Of a DNA stretch of 64,000 nucleotides, positions 45,851 to 56,600 are shown one piece after another. The position numbers and the translations under genes were made by a program. The DNA is taken from IMG/VR virus record IMGVR_UViG_2884371665_000002. One strand, 5' to 3'. The stretch is from a virus. Lineage: Duplodnaviria; Caudoviricetes. Positions within the stretch are counted from its first letter, which is position 1. The number at the start of each line of letters is the position of its first letter. The notes under the pieces are model-generated. The model saw only the letters and a list, made by a program, of their open reading frames with translations, searched no databases and had not been told where the DNA came from.

Positions 45851-46375
45851 ATGGCAACCAGAAACCTAAAATTCCTCGCCCTCGACATCGACACCAAGGA
45901 AATTGTCGAGCTCACCCGACAACAGGTCATTGACTACCTGGATCTAACCACACCGGTTCCTCCGGTAATTGACCCGCCCGTGATTGATCCGCCGGTTGTC
46001 GTGCCCCGCAAACTGTATGGGGCTCCCCGTTCGCTGATCGGCAACTGGACCAATGATAAAGGCACTACCTATGGCGTCTATCTGGGGACAGGCATTACCA
46101 CCAACCTGATCGTGGTTCTGGGCAGTGATCCGGATGCGTTCATGCCCGCCGGGTTCAACCTGGGCTACACCGTTTTGTCGGGAAAAACCAAACCTACTGG
46201 CCCTGAATCACCCTGGGGCGTGAAAGCACCCGCTGGTTTTGTGCCGCCCCTGGAAGACTACGATGTGGTCAAATTCCCCGTCGATGGGGCAACCTATTAC
46301 CGGCTCAAGGCTGGCTCTGCTTCCGTAAAAACCCTAGAAACCGTCTTCGGCGACACCTATGTCCTCAACAAGTAA
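45851..46375 (+). CDS. Hypothetical tail-region protein with a Pro-rich linker
   Basis: PVPPVIDPPVIDPPVV repeat. Confidence 0.55.
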   Translation: MATRNLKFLALDIDTKEIVELTRQQVIDYLDLTTPVPPVIDPPVIDPPVVVPRKLYGAPRSLIGNWTNDKGTTYGVYLGTGITTNLIVVLGSDPDAFMPAGFNLGYTVLSGKTKPTGPESPWGVKAPAGFVPPLEDYDVVKFPVDGATYYRLKAGSASVKTLETVFGDTYVLNK

Positions 46376-48584
46376 TTACATCGAAGTAATCAATGTCGGG
46401 GGGACGTCCCCGGCAGACTTCAAGGCAGGCGAGCTTCGGTTTTACCTCTACGACAAACCCGTTCCGCCTAAAACGGAACAGCAGGCGGAAGCCGAAGCCA
46501 AAGCCCGCTATCTGGGCTTATCCCCCGATGAAAAAGCGACCAAAACGCAGCCGAACCGGCCGGTTGCACCCGCCGACAATACCTACGAGCTGGCCGCTAC
46601 GATGGGGGACGTGCGGGTGATTCTGGACCCCGATTACGTGATCGTCGATCCTGATCCGACGACGGGCGATGGGTTTGATCCCAGCTACAGCTATACCCAA
46701 TCAGGGCAGGATGCCTTCGGTAACACCTTTATCTCGACGCCTGCCCCCCGGCTAACGGCCGTTACCCAACTCAAGCCCCGGCTGACCGGCAACAACTACG
46801 TCTTTACGGCTCAGACGGCCTTAAATACCGTTTTGCCCAAGCGGCTGCCCACGTTTACGGTGCACGAAAAAAAGGTGATCGGTTATCCCGGTGCCCTCTA
46901 TACCGACTGGGACAATGTAGCCGATATCATTGGCCGGGGCTATACCCACGTGACCGAATCGGCCAAACCGGTCGATGTGGACAATTACCCGACAACCCTG
47001 CGTCGGATGATTGAGGGCTCGTTTTACAGTCTGGCCAAAGATGCCGCTGACTCGTTGTCTCCCGGTGATCCCAAGAAACAGCAACTGCTCGACTGGGCCG
47101 GGCCGCAGCAACCCGATGGTTCGTTTGAAGGACCACACCTGATCATTACCGATCCCGATTCGGGGCGGTACTACGGTCGGCAGTGGTGGATTCTGTTTCG
47201 GGATAATCCAGGCTGGCGCGGTGCGGGGATTGACTTTTTCTCAGTCAATTTCGAGCACATGACGCCCCGCGATGGTATCGGTTTCAATGCCCATCAGCAG
47301 CAATATCGGATGGTGGGCTGGGTGACTGAAGGCTGTATTGCCGCAGCAGCGCTGGATGGTAAAACACTACGGTCAGGCTATTCTGGTGAATTTGGTAACC
47401 TGACGACTTATGCCCCCTGGTTTTACGATTTACCCGCGACGCATGACCGAAACGGCAATCCACTCGCCGAACCCAATGCGGGTATTCCCCAGTACATGCA
47501 TTACAGCACGCTGGACGAACCCTACCAGGGCAGCTCGCTGACTGCGCCCCTGGGTGAAAATTCCGTACTGGCCACGCTGGTTAAAACGGGCAAAGCGCAT
47601 TTTGGGGTAGGGCGGTACCTCCAGCATACGATGGATGGCCAGACCTATTTCCAGAAAAATGGCAGTGCTTTTGTGCTGGATGGCGATGGCAATCCCCTCT
47701 GGCGAACCGACGAACGGACAACGACCATCACCGGCCAGTCGTGCACGATCTATATCGACGATTACTTCATGAGCATGATGAAGCTCTACGGCATCGTAGC
47801 GCAGTTCTGCTCCAATATGGACTATATGGCCGGGGGTAAACGGTTGCCCCTCTCCACCGATCGGCAACCGGGCTGGGAGGCCATGCGTGGGCAGGTGTCC
47901 CAGTTTCGTCTTGATGGCGAAGGCGAATCCGGTTCACCTCGACCGGACGCTCCGGCTCTCAACGAGCGGCCTTTGTCTCCCGATATGGTTGAAGGGTATG
48001 CGCTATTGATGTATCTGTTCGCGGAGTATTTACGGGGCTGGATGCGCTCCCAGCAACCTCAGGATTTAGGGGAGGACAATGATTATGGCTCGAAGGCAAG
48101 GGCATCCGCCGAAATCTATGCGAAAGGCTTTCAGCGGGGGGCTAACCTCAACTGGATACACGACACGTCCTGGCAATTACTCCAGCCTAAATTCTGGATC
48201 TTCAAACAGGGCATCAATGGCCCGGCTGACCCCGATGAGCACTTTGCCCGTAAACCCATCATTCTGGGCGGTCTGGCCGAAAAAGACGGGCATCCGGCCA
48301 TGTGGCTGTTCGCCTGGTGGCCCTGTCAGGATGTGGACCGGGTGACGGACGTCAAGATCTGGATCAATAAGGGCAATGGCCCTGTCACGGGTACGTATGT
48401 GGCCCGGATGGCAGGGCGTAAGCCTTTTCTGGATTACTGGCAACTACCCGACGCAGCCGCTGGCGCAACGCCGAAGGACGTCTACAATCAATTTCCAAGC
48501 CTGACCGATCAGCTGATTACGCAGCGTATGGACTACCGTACGGCGAAAATTACCAATCACCCAACACCCCCACCGGCAGCATAA
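46359..48584 (+). CDS. Large hypothetical tail-region protein
   Basis: 741-aa ORF with structural-gene composition; no motif recognised with confidence. Confidence 0.6.
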   Translation: MSSTSNYIEVINVGGTSPADFKAGELRFYLYDKPVPPKTEQQAEAEAKARYLGLSPDEKATKTQPNRPVAPADNTYELAATMGDVRVILDPDYVIVDPDPTTGDGFDPSYSYTQSGQDAFGNTFISTPAPRLTAVTQLKPRLTGNNYVFTAQTALNTVLPKRLPTFTVHEKKVIGYPGALYTDWDNVADIIGRGYTHVTESAKPVDVDNYPTTLRRMIEGSFYSLAKDAADSLSPGDPKKQQLLDWAGPQQPDGSFEGPHLIITDPDSGRYYGRQWWILFRDNPGWRGAGIDFFSVNFEHMTPRDGIGFNAHQQQYRMVGWVTEGCIAAAALDGKTLRSGYSGEFGNLTTYAPWFYDLPATHDRNGNPLAEPNAGIPQYMHYSTLDEPYQGSSLTAPLGENSVLATLVKTGKAHFGVGRYLQHTMDGQTYFQKNGSAFVLDGDGNPLWRTDERTTTITGQSCTIYIDDYFMSMMKLYGIVAQFCSNMDYMAGGKRLPLSTDRQPGWEAMRGQVSQFRLDGEGESGSPRPDAPALNERPLSPDMVEGYALLMYLFAEYLRGWMRSQQPQDLGEDNDYGSKARASAEIYAKGFQRGANLNWIHDTSWQLLQPKFWIFKQGINGPADPDEHFARKPIILGGLAEKDGHPAMWLFAWWPCQDVDRVTDVKIWINKGNGPVTGTYVARMAGRKPFLDYWQLPDAAAGATPKDVYNQFPSLTDQLITQRMDYRTAKITNHPTPPPAA

Positions 48585-48585
48585 C

Positions 48586-50946
48586 ATGGCAACCGAACAC
48601 TTAATCGTCGAGTCCTTCTCGTCTGGCGCGAATGCCTATCAGATCACCGTCGAGCGGGATCTGACTAAATTCCCCCGAACAATAAAAGGGAATGAAGCCT
48701 TTGAAAAGGCCGTGCGGGGCGGCGGTTTCCCCTGTACGGTGGTCGGCACGGGTTGCGTGATTCCCAAGGGAACCCGCCTGACACTGATTCCACCGGATTG
48801 TTCCAGTAATCCAAATCCAACGCCAGTCACTTACTCCTGGGGCTATTTTGGCGGCAACAGCTTCAATTTCGTGCCCATTATTCCAAGCAGTGAATGGACG
48901 CATGGATCAGGCATGGCGGCCTCGAGTCTGGACAAGGATTTTGCTCACCGGCTGGAAGCAAAAATCAAAACCCGGTATCCGGCTTTTCAGGCATACGTTA
49001 CCTCCCAGCTGTCTCCCTTCGAGACCGAATACCTGACCGATGACTACAATTATGCAGCCCGGATCACGGGCGATCTGAATACAAATTTCAGCAATAGCCC
49101 ACCAGCCTTCGATCTGATCGATCTCTCGATCGGGGAGAATATCGACGACGGCACATTCAATAAAACCAAATTCTTTGCGGAGCTTGATCAGCTCATTGCC
49201 ACCATTCCCAAAGCAGCCACCTACACGGTGATGCTGCGGAGTTCATTCTGGGGTGGGCATACCGTCTCCAGTGCAGCCCTGCAGGAATACGCGACTCTGC
49301 ATAATTACCTGTTCGTTGACTTTTCCGACCGGGTGGATTATCCGGCCTATCAGTCGGATTACGACGATGCCGGCATTGCCCGGCACTGGAATGACGATGG
49401 CCATGAGTTGATCGCTGAACGCAAGGCGAGCAAACTCGGCATTACCACCGGCTCATCGGCCAGCAGTGATTTCGTCTCGCAGACGGATGAGGGCTGGTCG
49501 AAAACCGACGATAACCTCAAGCTCAAATACATCGAAAACGATCTGATCAAGGTCGGCTTCCTGCGCGATACGGGGGCTGTAATCGGTTATGCCGCGTTTA
49601 AATCGACCAATCGAAATCTGGTTAACGACTACCAGGTCGATAATGCGTTGCCTGGCGATCCGCGTCACGGCACCGTCTTTGGCGATAAGGGTCGGCAGTG
49701 GATGTGGAAAGGGTCGCTCTACTGGACACCGGGTTCGGGCTGGCAGGTGGTCCCCGGCAAGAATACGAACCAATATGGCTTCGATACCGGTGGCAACGTT
49801 GTCGAGGGAGGTAGCCTGGGACCGTTTTACGATGAATCCGAAGTGCTGGCAAGCCGAATCTACAATCACCCCAAGTATGGCCAGATGTTTTACTCAAAGA
49901 TCCGCCCCAGAGTCTGGGCTGTTCCGGATGAATACGTCGATATCGTCGAGGAGGGCTGGGCCTGGCTACAGGGGACCAGCATTGCTTATTTCTCCCGCCA
50001 GATCATCGGGCCGGGCATTACCAATCCGCAGATGATCTATCAGGCCCGGGCGCAGGAGCTGCCCTGTCTGTATTCTCTGGCGCCGTTCACCTACGTTCGT
50101 ATGGCCGATGCCAATTCCGCTCCGTGGACCAATTCGTACGTGGATCGGTTCAAATCCGATTTTTCGGATAACCAAAACTTCACCAAAGCCTACATGACGC
50201 CCGAATGCCTGGTCACCCACGGAGAAGGGCCGGACAGTGTGACCGTAGGCTTGTATACACCGGGCATTGATCGGGGGGATGGGGTTCGGGTTGGCCTGAA
50301 TTCGCGCTTTAATACGGGCCAGTTTGTGGGCGTGTTTGGCGAATGGGATGACAATGCCTCCAGCTACGTCAATGCGAACCCGCTGGTCAATTACGACAAT
50401 CCGGGCACCTACGAAAATGCGGGCTACATCGTCCTGGGCACCTCGTTTTCCGACGTCCGTAGTAAAGTCAACGCCCTGCCCCGACCTGACCAGAGCTTCG
50501 ATTTTGATTTTACGACCGACAACCACCGCTGGTGGAACTTCGATTGCCGGATGATCAAGGAGAATGGCCTGTGGAAAGTCTACATCGGGGACGTTAAAAC
50601 CGATAACAACGTCACCTCCGCAAACGGCATTTTTGCCGCTCCCTATGGAGCCTGGGAGGCCTCAGGTATCCAGACCATCGAGTTTGATATGGCCGTAACG
50701 GGTATCACGGCGCTCTGGCTGGAGTGGTACAAGCCTGGCGAAGAAAACGACCAGAGCAAAGTTCACCGCAAAGCCTTCACCGGCCTGATCGGGGATGGTG
50801 TTCGGCGGACGTACTCGATCAGCACCGCCGATCCCAACTGGAACGGGATTGTTACCAGCGTGGGGCTACGGGCCACCAAAGTCAACGAAGGTCTGCCCAT
50901 CACCAACGGGGGCCATTTAATTCCGTACCGATTCCGTAAAGTGTAA
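48586..50946 (+). CDS. SGNH/GDSL esterase-domain tail-region protein
   Basis: FGGNS (block I), LSIGEN (block III), RHWNDDGH (block V); long beta-rich C-terminal part. Confidence 0.7.
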   Translation: MATEHLIVESFSSGANAYQITVERDLTKFPRTIKGNEAFEKAVRGGGFPCTVVGTGCVIPKGTRLTLIPPDCSSNPNPTPVTYSWGYFGGNSFNFVPIIPSSEWTHGSGMAASSLDKDFAHRLEAKIKTRYPAFQAYVTSQLSPFETEYLTDDYNYAARITGDLNTNFSNSPPAFDLIDLSIGENIDDGTFNKTKFFAELDQLIATIPKAATYTVMLRSSFWGGHTVSSAALQEYATLHNYLFVDFSDRVDYPAYQSDYDDAGIARHWNDDGHELIAERKASKLGITTGSSASSDFVSQTDEGWSKTDDNLKLKYIENDLIKVGFLRDTGAVIGYAAFKSTNRNLVNDYQVDNALPGDPRHGTVFGDKGRQWMWKGSLYWTPGSGWQVVPGKNTNQYGFDTGGNVVEGGSLGPFYDESEVLASRIYNHPKYGQMFYSKIRPRVWAVPDEYVDIVEEGWAWLQGTSIAYFSRQIIGPGITNPQMIYQARAQELPCLYSLAPFTYVRMADANSAPWTNSYVDRFKSDFSDNQNFTKAYMTPECLVTHGEGPDSVTVGLYTPGIDRGDGVRVGLNSRFNTGQFVGVFGEWDDNASSYVNANPLVNYDNPGTYENAGYIVLGTSFSDVRSKVNALPRPDQSFDFDFTTDNHRWWNFDCRMIKENGLWKVYIGDVKTDNNVTSANGIFAAPYGAWEASGIQTIEFDMAVTGITALWLEWYKPGEENDQSKVHRKAFTGLIGDGVRRTYSISTADPNWNGIVTSVGLRATKVNEGLPITNGGHLIPYRFRKV

Positions 50947-50948
50947 GT

Positions 50949-51035
50949 ATGAAAAAACTGCTCATTCTGTGGCTGGTGTCGGTATCGGCACTGGCCCAGA
51001 CGCCCAACCGCACCATGAACCTAACGGAATTATGA
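50949..51035 (+). pseudogene. Signal-peptide-only micro-ORF (28 aa)
   Basis: MKKLLILWLVSVSALA-QTPNRTMNLTEL*; its stop overlaps the ATG of the next gene (ATGA). Confidence 0.45.
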
Positions 51036-53122
51036 TCGCCATCACCAACGAAGCCGGTGAAACGCTCCAGCTCTTCGCCGATCAGAACCTAATCACCGAG
51101 CAGGCTGTCGCCTGGCTGACCGACGATGAGCTGCCGGCCGAGATTTCCTATCCGATCGATGCGCCGTTAAACGATGCCAACAAGAAGTTCGTCGGCTATG
51201 GCTACCGGGTCGATGCGGCTCTGCCTCGTCAAAACTTACCCGTCAGCGTACAGCTGGAGGGCGTTTTGTACCGTCGCTGTGTGTTTTCCTTTAAAGTTCA
51301 GAATGGAAATTTAAACGGGTATTTGAAGATCGACAGTGCTGAGGTGTATGATAAACTTAGAAAACTCTCCTTACTGGAGGCCTTTCCGGATGTCATACGG
51401 TTAGGAACGGGTATTATCGATGCAGTGGGTAACGTGACGCCGATCCTGGCCGATCGAATGAAAGCCATTGCGGCTATGCCCCCCGGTCAGTTTCCGCTCA
51501 CGTTCTTTCCCATTCGAAACGAGACATTTTATGAGGATAGCCTGACGGCGGAAACGCTACCCGGTTTTACCCGCCAAACTTATGTGAATGTCTGGCAACG
51601 ACTTCCCACCGGTCAGCCAGGTTTTCACCAGGATGGCGGCTTTGTGCCGAATGAAAAAGGGTTCACAGTTGTACCGCAATTTTATTTATCGTGGGTGCTG
51701 GAGCGCATTATGGCCCTGGCCGGTTACAGGATTGAGTCAAGCTGGCTGGCCAGTGATGAAGTGCAGCGCCTGGTGATTGTCAACCAGACCGCTATTAACT
51801 CGAAAATTGGCCCAATCTTTTCCGACCCGACTGGGATTCTACACGGCCACCGGGTGACGGCCGGTATGCACCTGCCCGATATGAGTGTATCGGATTTTCT
51901 GAAAGCCATTAAAGGAAGGTTTGGCCTGGTCTTCGGTTTCAATGCCAATACCCGCACCTGCTACATGGAGCGGTTTTTAGATGTGGTTCGAGCAGGAGCA
52001 GCCATCGATCTGACTGACTACCAATCAGGCAGCTATGATATTGATTCGCCGGAACAAAAAGGATTCTCGGTTGAAGAGTTTATCGATGAGGGTGACGATC
52101 TGTTTAAGGATCAAAAAGGCCATGTCATTCGCCCTGCTCCTTATGTGACAGGTAAAGGTGGCCAGCCGATTAGTCTGAAAGTCGGCACCTGCCAGATGAT
52201 TATTGAACCCTCACCTTTATCGCCAACGGGTCAAACCGCGCAGTGGCAGGTTCCGACCATGCGTCAGGCAGGTAACACGCTTGATCCAACCTACAAAGTC
52301 TCGCAACGCTACCTCAACGACCAGGGCAAACGACAAAACGATATCGGGCTAAAACTGCTCTCCTATCGGGGTATGACGCAGGACAGCGCTGGCCATCTTT
52401 ACCCATTTGCAACCAATGACGTGCGTGATGGTCGTCAAATCATCACCGGATCGCAGGCCCTGACGATATCGGGCCGGTATGGAGCCTGGCGGCAATTTTT
52501 ACGGGCCTACTATTATTTCCGGGATAACACCCAGAAAGTGTCGGTACCGCTCTTATTGCCGGTAGCCGTGCTCGCCCAGCTGCAGCTGCACCGGGCCGTA
52601 GCACTCTGTCTGGAGGATCAGATCCGTCGGATTTACCTAATATCGAAATTACAGGCGGATTCACCGGGTCTGGCGGGAAAATCAATGGTTCGTCTCGAAG
52701 TGCTTAGTTTGCCATCCGGTATCGATCAGGCAGCTGATGTCGATGATCCGATCGTGTGGGTGGAGTGGGTGGCCAGCGCTGAAACGCGAACCGGTTCCAT
52801 CGGCAATGAAACGACGGTGAAAACTTACTCGGTGAAATTCTGGGCCGATCAGGCCAAGACGACACCAGCTGTTGTCAGTAATCTGGATTTGACCCTTCGC
52901 CGGAAACGGTATGTCGGCTATGATGCCCTGACGAGTCTGTTCCGGGAGGTGTATGATGAAGGACAGCTTCACTACACCGCGAATGGCACAACGCAAGTCC
53001 TGGAAACCAATTACATCATCATGCAGGTCCGACCCGTGATCAGCGACACTGGTGATAAACCCAATTCCCTGCGCCAAACGCTTCAACTCGACCCCGGCGA
53101 AGGCTATAATCTACTGACATGA
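51032..53122 (+). CDS. Tail hub / baseplate-like protein (probable ATG start at 51032)
   Basis: EISYPIDAPLNDAN, PQFYLSWVLERI, HLPDMSVSDFLKAI motifs typical of siphophage tail proteins. Confidence 0.6.
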   Translation: MIAITNEAGETLQLFADQNLITEQAVAWLTDDELPAEISYPIDAPLNDANKKFVGYGYRVDAALPRQNLPVSVQLEGVLYRRCVFSFKVQNGNLNGYLKIDSAEVYDKLRKLSLLEAFPDVIRLGTGIIDAVGNVTPILADRMKAIAAMPPGQFPLTFFPIRNETFYEDSLTAETLPGFTRQTYVNVWQRLPTGQPGFHQDGGFVPNEKGFTVVPQFYLSWVLERIMALAGYRIESSWLASDEVQRLVIVNQTAINSKIGPIFSDPTGILHGHRVTAGMHLPDMSVSDFLKAIKGRFGLVFGFNANTRTCYMERFLDVVRAGAAIDLTDYQSGSYDIDSPEQKGFSVEEFIDEGDDLFKDQKGHVIRPAPYVTGKGGQPISLKVGTCQMIIEPSPLSPTGQTAQWQVPTMRQAGNTLDPTYKVSQRYLNDQGKRQNDIGLKLLSYRGMTQDSAGHLYPFATNDVRDGRQIITGSQALTISGRYGAWRQFLRAYYYFRDNTQKVSVPLLLPVAVLAQLQLHRAVALCLEDQIRRIYLISKLQADSPGLAGKSMVRLEVLSLPSGIDQAADVDDPIVWVEWVASAETRTGSIGNETTVKTYSVKFWADQAKTTPAVVSNLDLTLRRKRYVGYDALTSLFREVYDEGQLHYTANGTTQVLETNYIIMQVRPVISDTGDKPNSLRQTLQLDPGEGYNLLT

Positions 53123-53598
53123 CCGGTCTGGACACTTCTAATCTGGATATTAATCAGCGCATCAACCTGAGAGGATTGGTACAGGCCTGGCTGGCTATCT
53201 CGGAAGAGCGCTTTCAGGAAGATCTGGATAAAAAACTTTACAACAAGCCCCGCAGCAGAAAACGGAAAAAGTTGTATCGAACCGGAAATCTGCGAAACAA
53301 CTGGCGTAAAAGTATAAACGGGTCGGGTGATGATGTCCGATCGGCACAACTTAGCTTTTTACTGTATGGGCGATTCGTCGATATGGGTGTTGGACCGGGA
53401 CTGAATTACGCACTGGCGAAATACCAGGGTGTTCGAAAGAATGGAGAAAAACCCAGCCGCAGGCCGGTTCGCTGGTATAGTAAACGAAAAGGTTACGAAA
53501 CGCACCGGCTCCGTGAATTACTGGTCAAATACCACATTGACATTCCCCTCGAAATGCTGGAGAATGCCTTAACCACCAAGGTCGAACTAACGGCCTGA
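53119..53598 (+). CDS. Basic neck/tail-completion-like protein (HK97 gp10-like)
   Basis: RTGNLRNN, YGRFVDMGVG, RWYSK motifs; precedes the TMP. Confidence 0.55.
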   Translation: MTGLDTSNLDINQRINLRGLVQAWLAISEERFQEDLDKKLYNKPRSRKRKKLYRTGNLRNNWRKSINGSGDDVRSAQLSFLLYGRFVDMGVGPGLNYALAKYQGVRKNGEKPSRRPVRWYSKRKGYETHRLRELLVKYHIDIPLEMLENALTTKVELTA

Positions 53599-53647
53599 CA
53601 CCACACTTAACTAGCCTGGCTCACTGGAACGATTAACCAACACTCCA

Positions 53648-56600
53648 GTGGCTAAAACCCAAACCGAGCGCGCCGTCATTGATTTAGTGATCAATGGTCA
53701 GCAAGCCAAAACGACGCTGAAAGAAGTCAGCCTGGCCGTCACCAAAACGCGCAGCGAGCTGAATAAAATGAAGGAGGCCGACAATCCGGAGGCCTACCGG
53801 GCGAAACTCGCCGAAATGCACAAGCTGGTTTCAGCCCAACGGGACATGACGGCCCGGATCAACGATTCGACAACGGCCTGGGGACGATTCAAAAAAGAGA
53901 TGGCTACCGTTGCCGTTGGCGTCGTAGGAGGCAATGTGATCACCTTCGCTCTCCAGCAGTTAGCCGCTCTGATTCCAGGTACGATCGATCGGACCATGAA
54001 GCTCAAGGATGCCTTTGCCGATATTGAAAAAGCAACGGGTCTAAGTGCAGAAGGGGTTCAGAAACTCAACAAGGAACTTAAAAACATCGATACGCGCACC
54101 AGCAACAAGGAACTGCGCGATATCGCCGTCGCCGGCGGTCAGTTGGGTGTGGCCAATGATGAGCTGGTGGACTTTGTTAAAAATGTCGATAAAGCCGTCG
54201 TTGCCCTGGGGGATGAATTTACGGGTGGTGTTGACCAGGTGGCCAAGGAGATTGGCGGCATCGCCAAACTCTTCGACGAAACCCGGAGCCAGGCGATTGG
54301 TACCAGCATCAACAGCATCGGCTCAGCGCTCAACGAACTGGGTGCCGCTGGGGCGGCTACCTCGCCGGTCGTAGCCGAGTTTACCACCCGCATGGGTCAG
54401 CTGGGCAACCTGGCTCCCAAACTGCATGAAACACTGGGTTTGGGAGCCGCCCTGCAGGAACTGGGTTTGACGGCCGAGATTGCCGCCAGTGGTTTGTCAG
54501 GATTGATGTTAACTGCGGCTAATAAATCCGATCTGTTCGCTCAGCATCTGGGCATGAGCAAAAAAGCGCTGGAGCAACTCATCAATACGGATCCCAATAA
54601 ATTCCTGATGATGCTGGCCCAAAGCTTTCAGGGCCTCAGCTCTACGCAGGTCGCACAGCGGTTAAAAGAGCTAAAAGTGGAGTCCCAGGAATCGATCAAG
54701 GTGATGAGCCTATTGGCGGATCAGACTGACTTCGTTGCCGAAAAACAGCAGTTAGCTAATAAAGCGATGATTGAGGGGACTTCCCTCACGTCTGAATTCG
54801 ACAAGAAAAATCACCAGCTGGCTCGTGATCTGAAGGAATTAAACGAATGGTTTAATAGCCTGCTCACCAGCGAAGGGCTACAGAATTTTCTGGTATCAGC
54901 GACCCACAATGCCGTCGAGTTTATTCGGGTATTGCCCCAGGTAGGAAAATGGCTCTCCAGTAATAAAGATCTGCTTTACCTATTAGCCGCTGCTACCGTC
55001 GTCTACTATGGCAATCTGATCAAAGCCACCGCAGCTGCGATTGCTAATACAACCGCTGAACTGGCCCGTAAGGCTGCCTATGAAATAGGCTTTCGTTGGC
55101 TGGTTATTTCGGAAGCAGCCACGAAAGCCTATGCCTTTACCACGGCCGTACTGACGGGTCAGATTTCCCTTCAGACAGCTGCGGTCACACTAGCACGGGG
55201 AGCCTGGTCGGCTCTATCAGCCATTATGCTGGCCAACCCGATCGGCGTTATTGTCGCCGGCATGGCTGCCCTGGCTTATGCGGTCAAACTGTATTCTGAT
55301 AATACAGAAACGGCCATTCGGCTGGAGCGAGAGAAAGTTCGTCTTCAACGCGATATGCAGGTATTAACTGAACTGCAAAGCAAGACGCTGGCCACGCTCA
55401 ACGAGCAGCTTCAGGATTACACGGAAATGACCAGTGCCGAACGGGCTGAGTACGTCAAAAATGTAGCCGTGGCCCGGCTCGATCTGGAGAGTCGGCTGGC
55501 CCGGATGAAGGCACGCGAGAAAGAAATGGAAATGCTGGCAGCCGAACCAACCCTTTGGCAGCAACTGTGGATTGCTATCAAGTCAGGAGGAGATCCGGCT
55601 AAAATGGCTCAGAATGTCACTCAGCAGGTAGCCGACAACATGCGGGGTGTCCGGGAGCAGTTTGCGGCAGGAATCACCGCCGTCGAGGGCCAGCTGAAAC
55701 AGTACGATTCGATCTTCAAACAGATCGAACGTTACGAAAAACCGACCAAAACGGGCGGGGGAAAACTCCGTACCATCACGGATCCGGAAGATGCGAAAAG
55801 TAAAACCGATAAAAAGAAAGCGGAAGCCAGGCGTCAGGAAGATGAACTGGAAGGGATGCTGTCTGATGCCCGCGAGCGGACCATGCGGGGAGAGCGCTCC
55901 CAGTACGAAAACGAAGTCGCAGCGTTTGCCGATAAATACAGTAAAATGTACACGCTGGCCAAGGACAACGAGGCTAAAATTAATGAAATCCGAATCCTGA
56001 GCCTGGCTGAATGGGCTGAGATCGAAAAGCGATTCTACGAGAAGCAGGATGAAGATGCCCGTAAACAGCAGGAAAAGGACAATAAGATTGGCTTTGAGGC
56101 TGCGTTGAATGAGGCCGATCAAACGCATTCGGACACCATTGGGAGCATCGAGCGAACGCAGGCCAAAGCGCCGGCCGCCATCGGTGATGCCGAGGTGCAG
56201 ATGCAGAAGCTCCAGGCTGATCAGGTTTATCTGACGCAGAAACTTTTACTCGAGCAAACTTTTGCCCAGCAATCCGCCGACACCCAGCGACAGCTGACTG
56301 AAAACTGGAATGAGCAGGTAAAACTTCGGGCGACCACGGAGCACCAGTATGCCGAGCAGATGAAGCAGGCCGAATGGGCGCTTCAGGATGCCAAACGTGC
56401 CGCCATGCAGCAGGGACTGGAGGTGCTGATGGGCTTTTTAGGAAAAGGTACGATTGCCTATAAAGCGGCTTTGATTGCTCAGAAAGCCTTCGCCATCGCC
56501 CAGGTTGTTGTCGATCTGAATCGGGAGATTGCCCAGATTTATGCAAACCCTGCCTGGTCGCTGATGCCAGACGGTGGACTCGCCATAAAAACAGTTAATG

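Noticed and set aside
39158-53122. Diversity-generating retroelement targeting tail genes
   Set aside because: No reverse transcriptase and no TR/VR-like near-identical repeat differing at adenines was seen.
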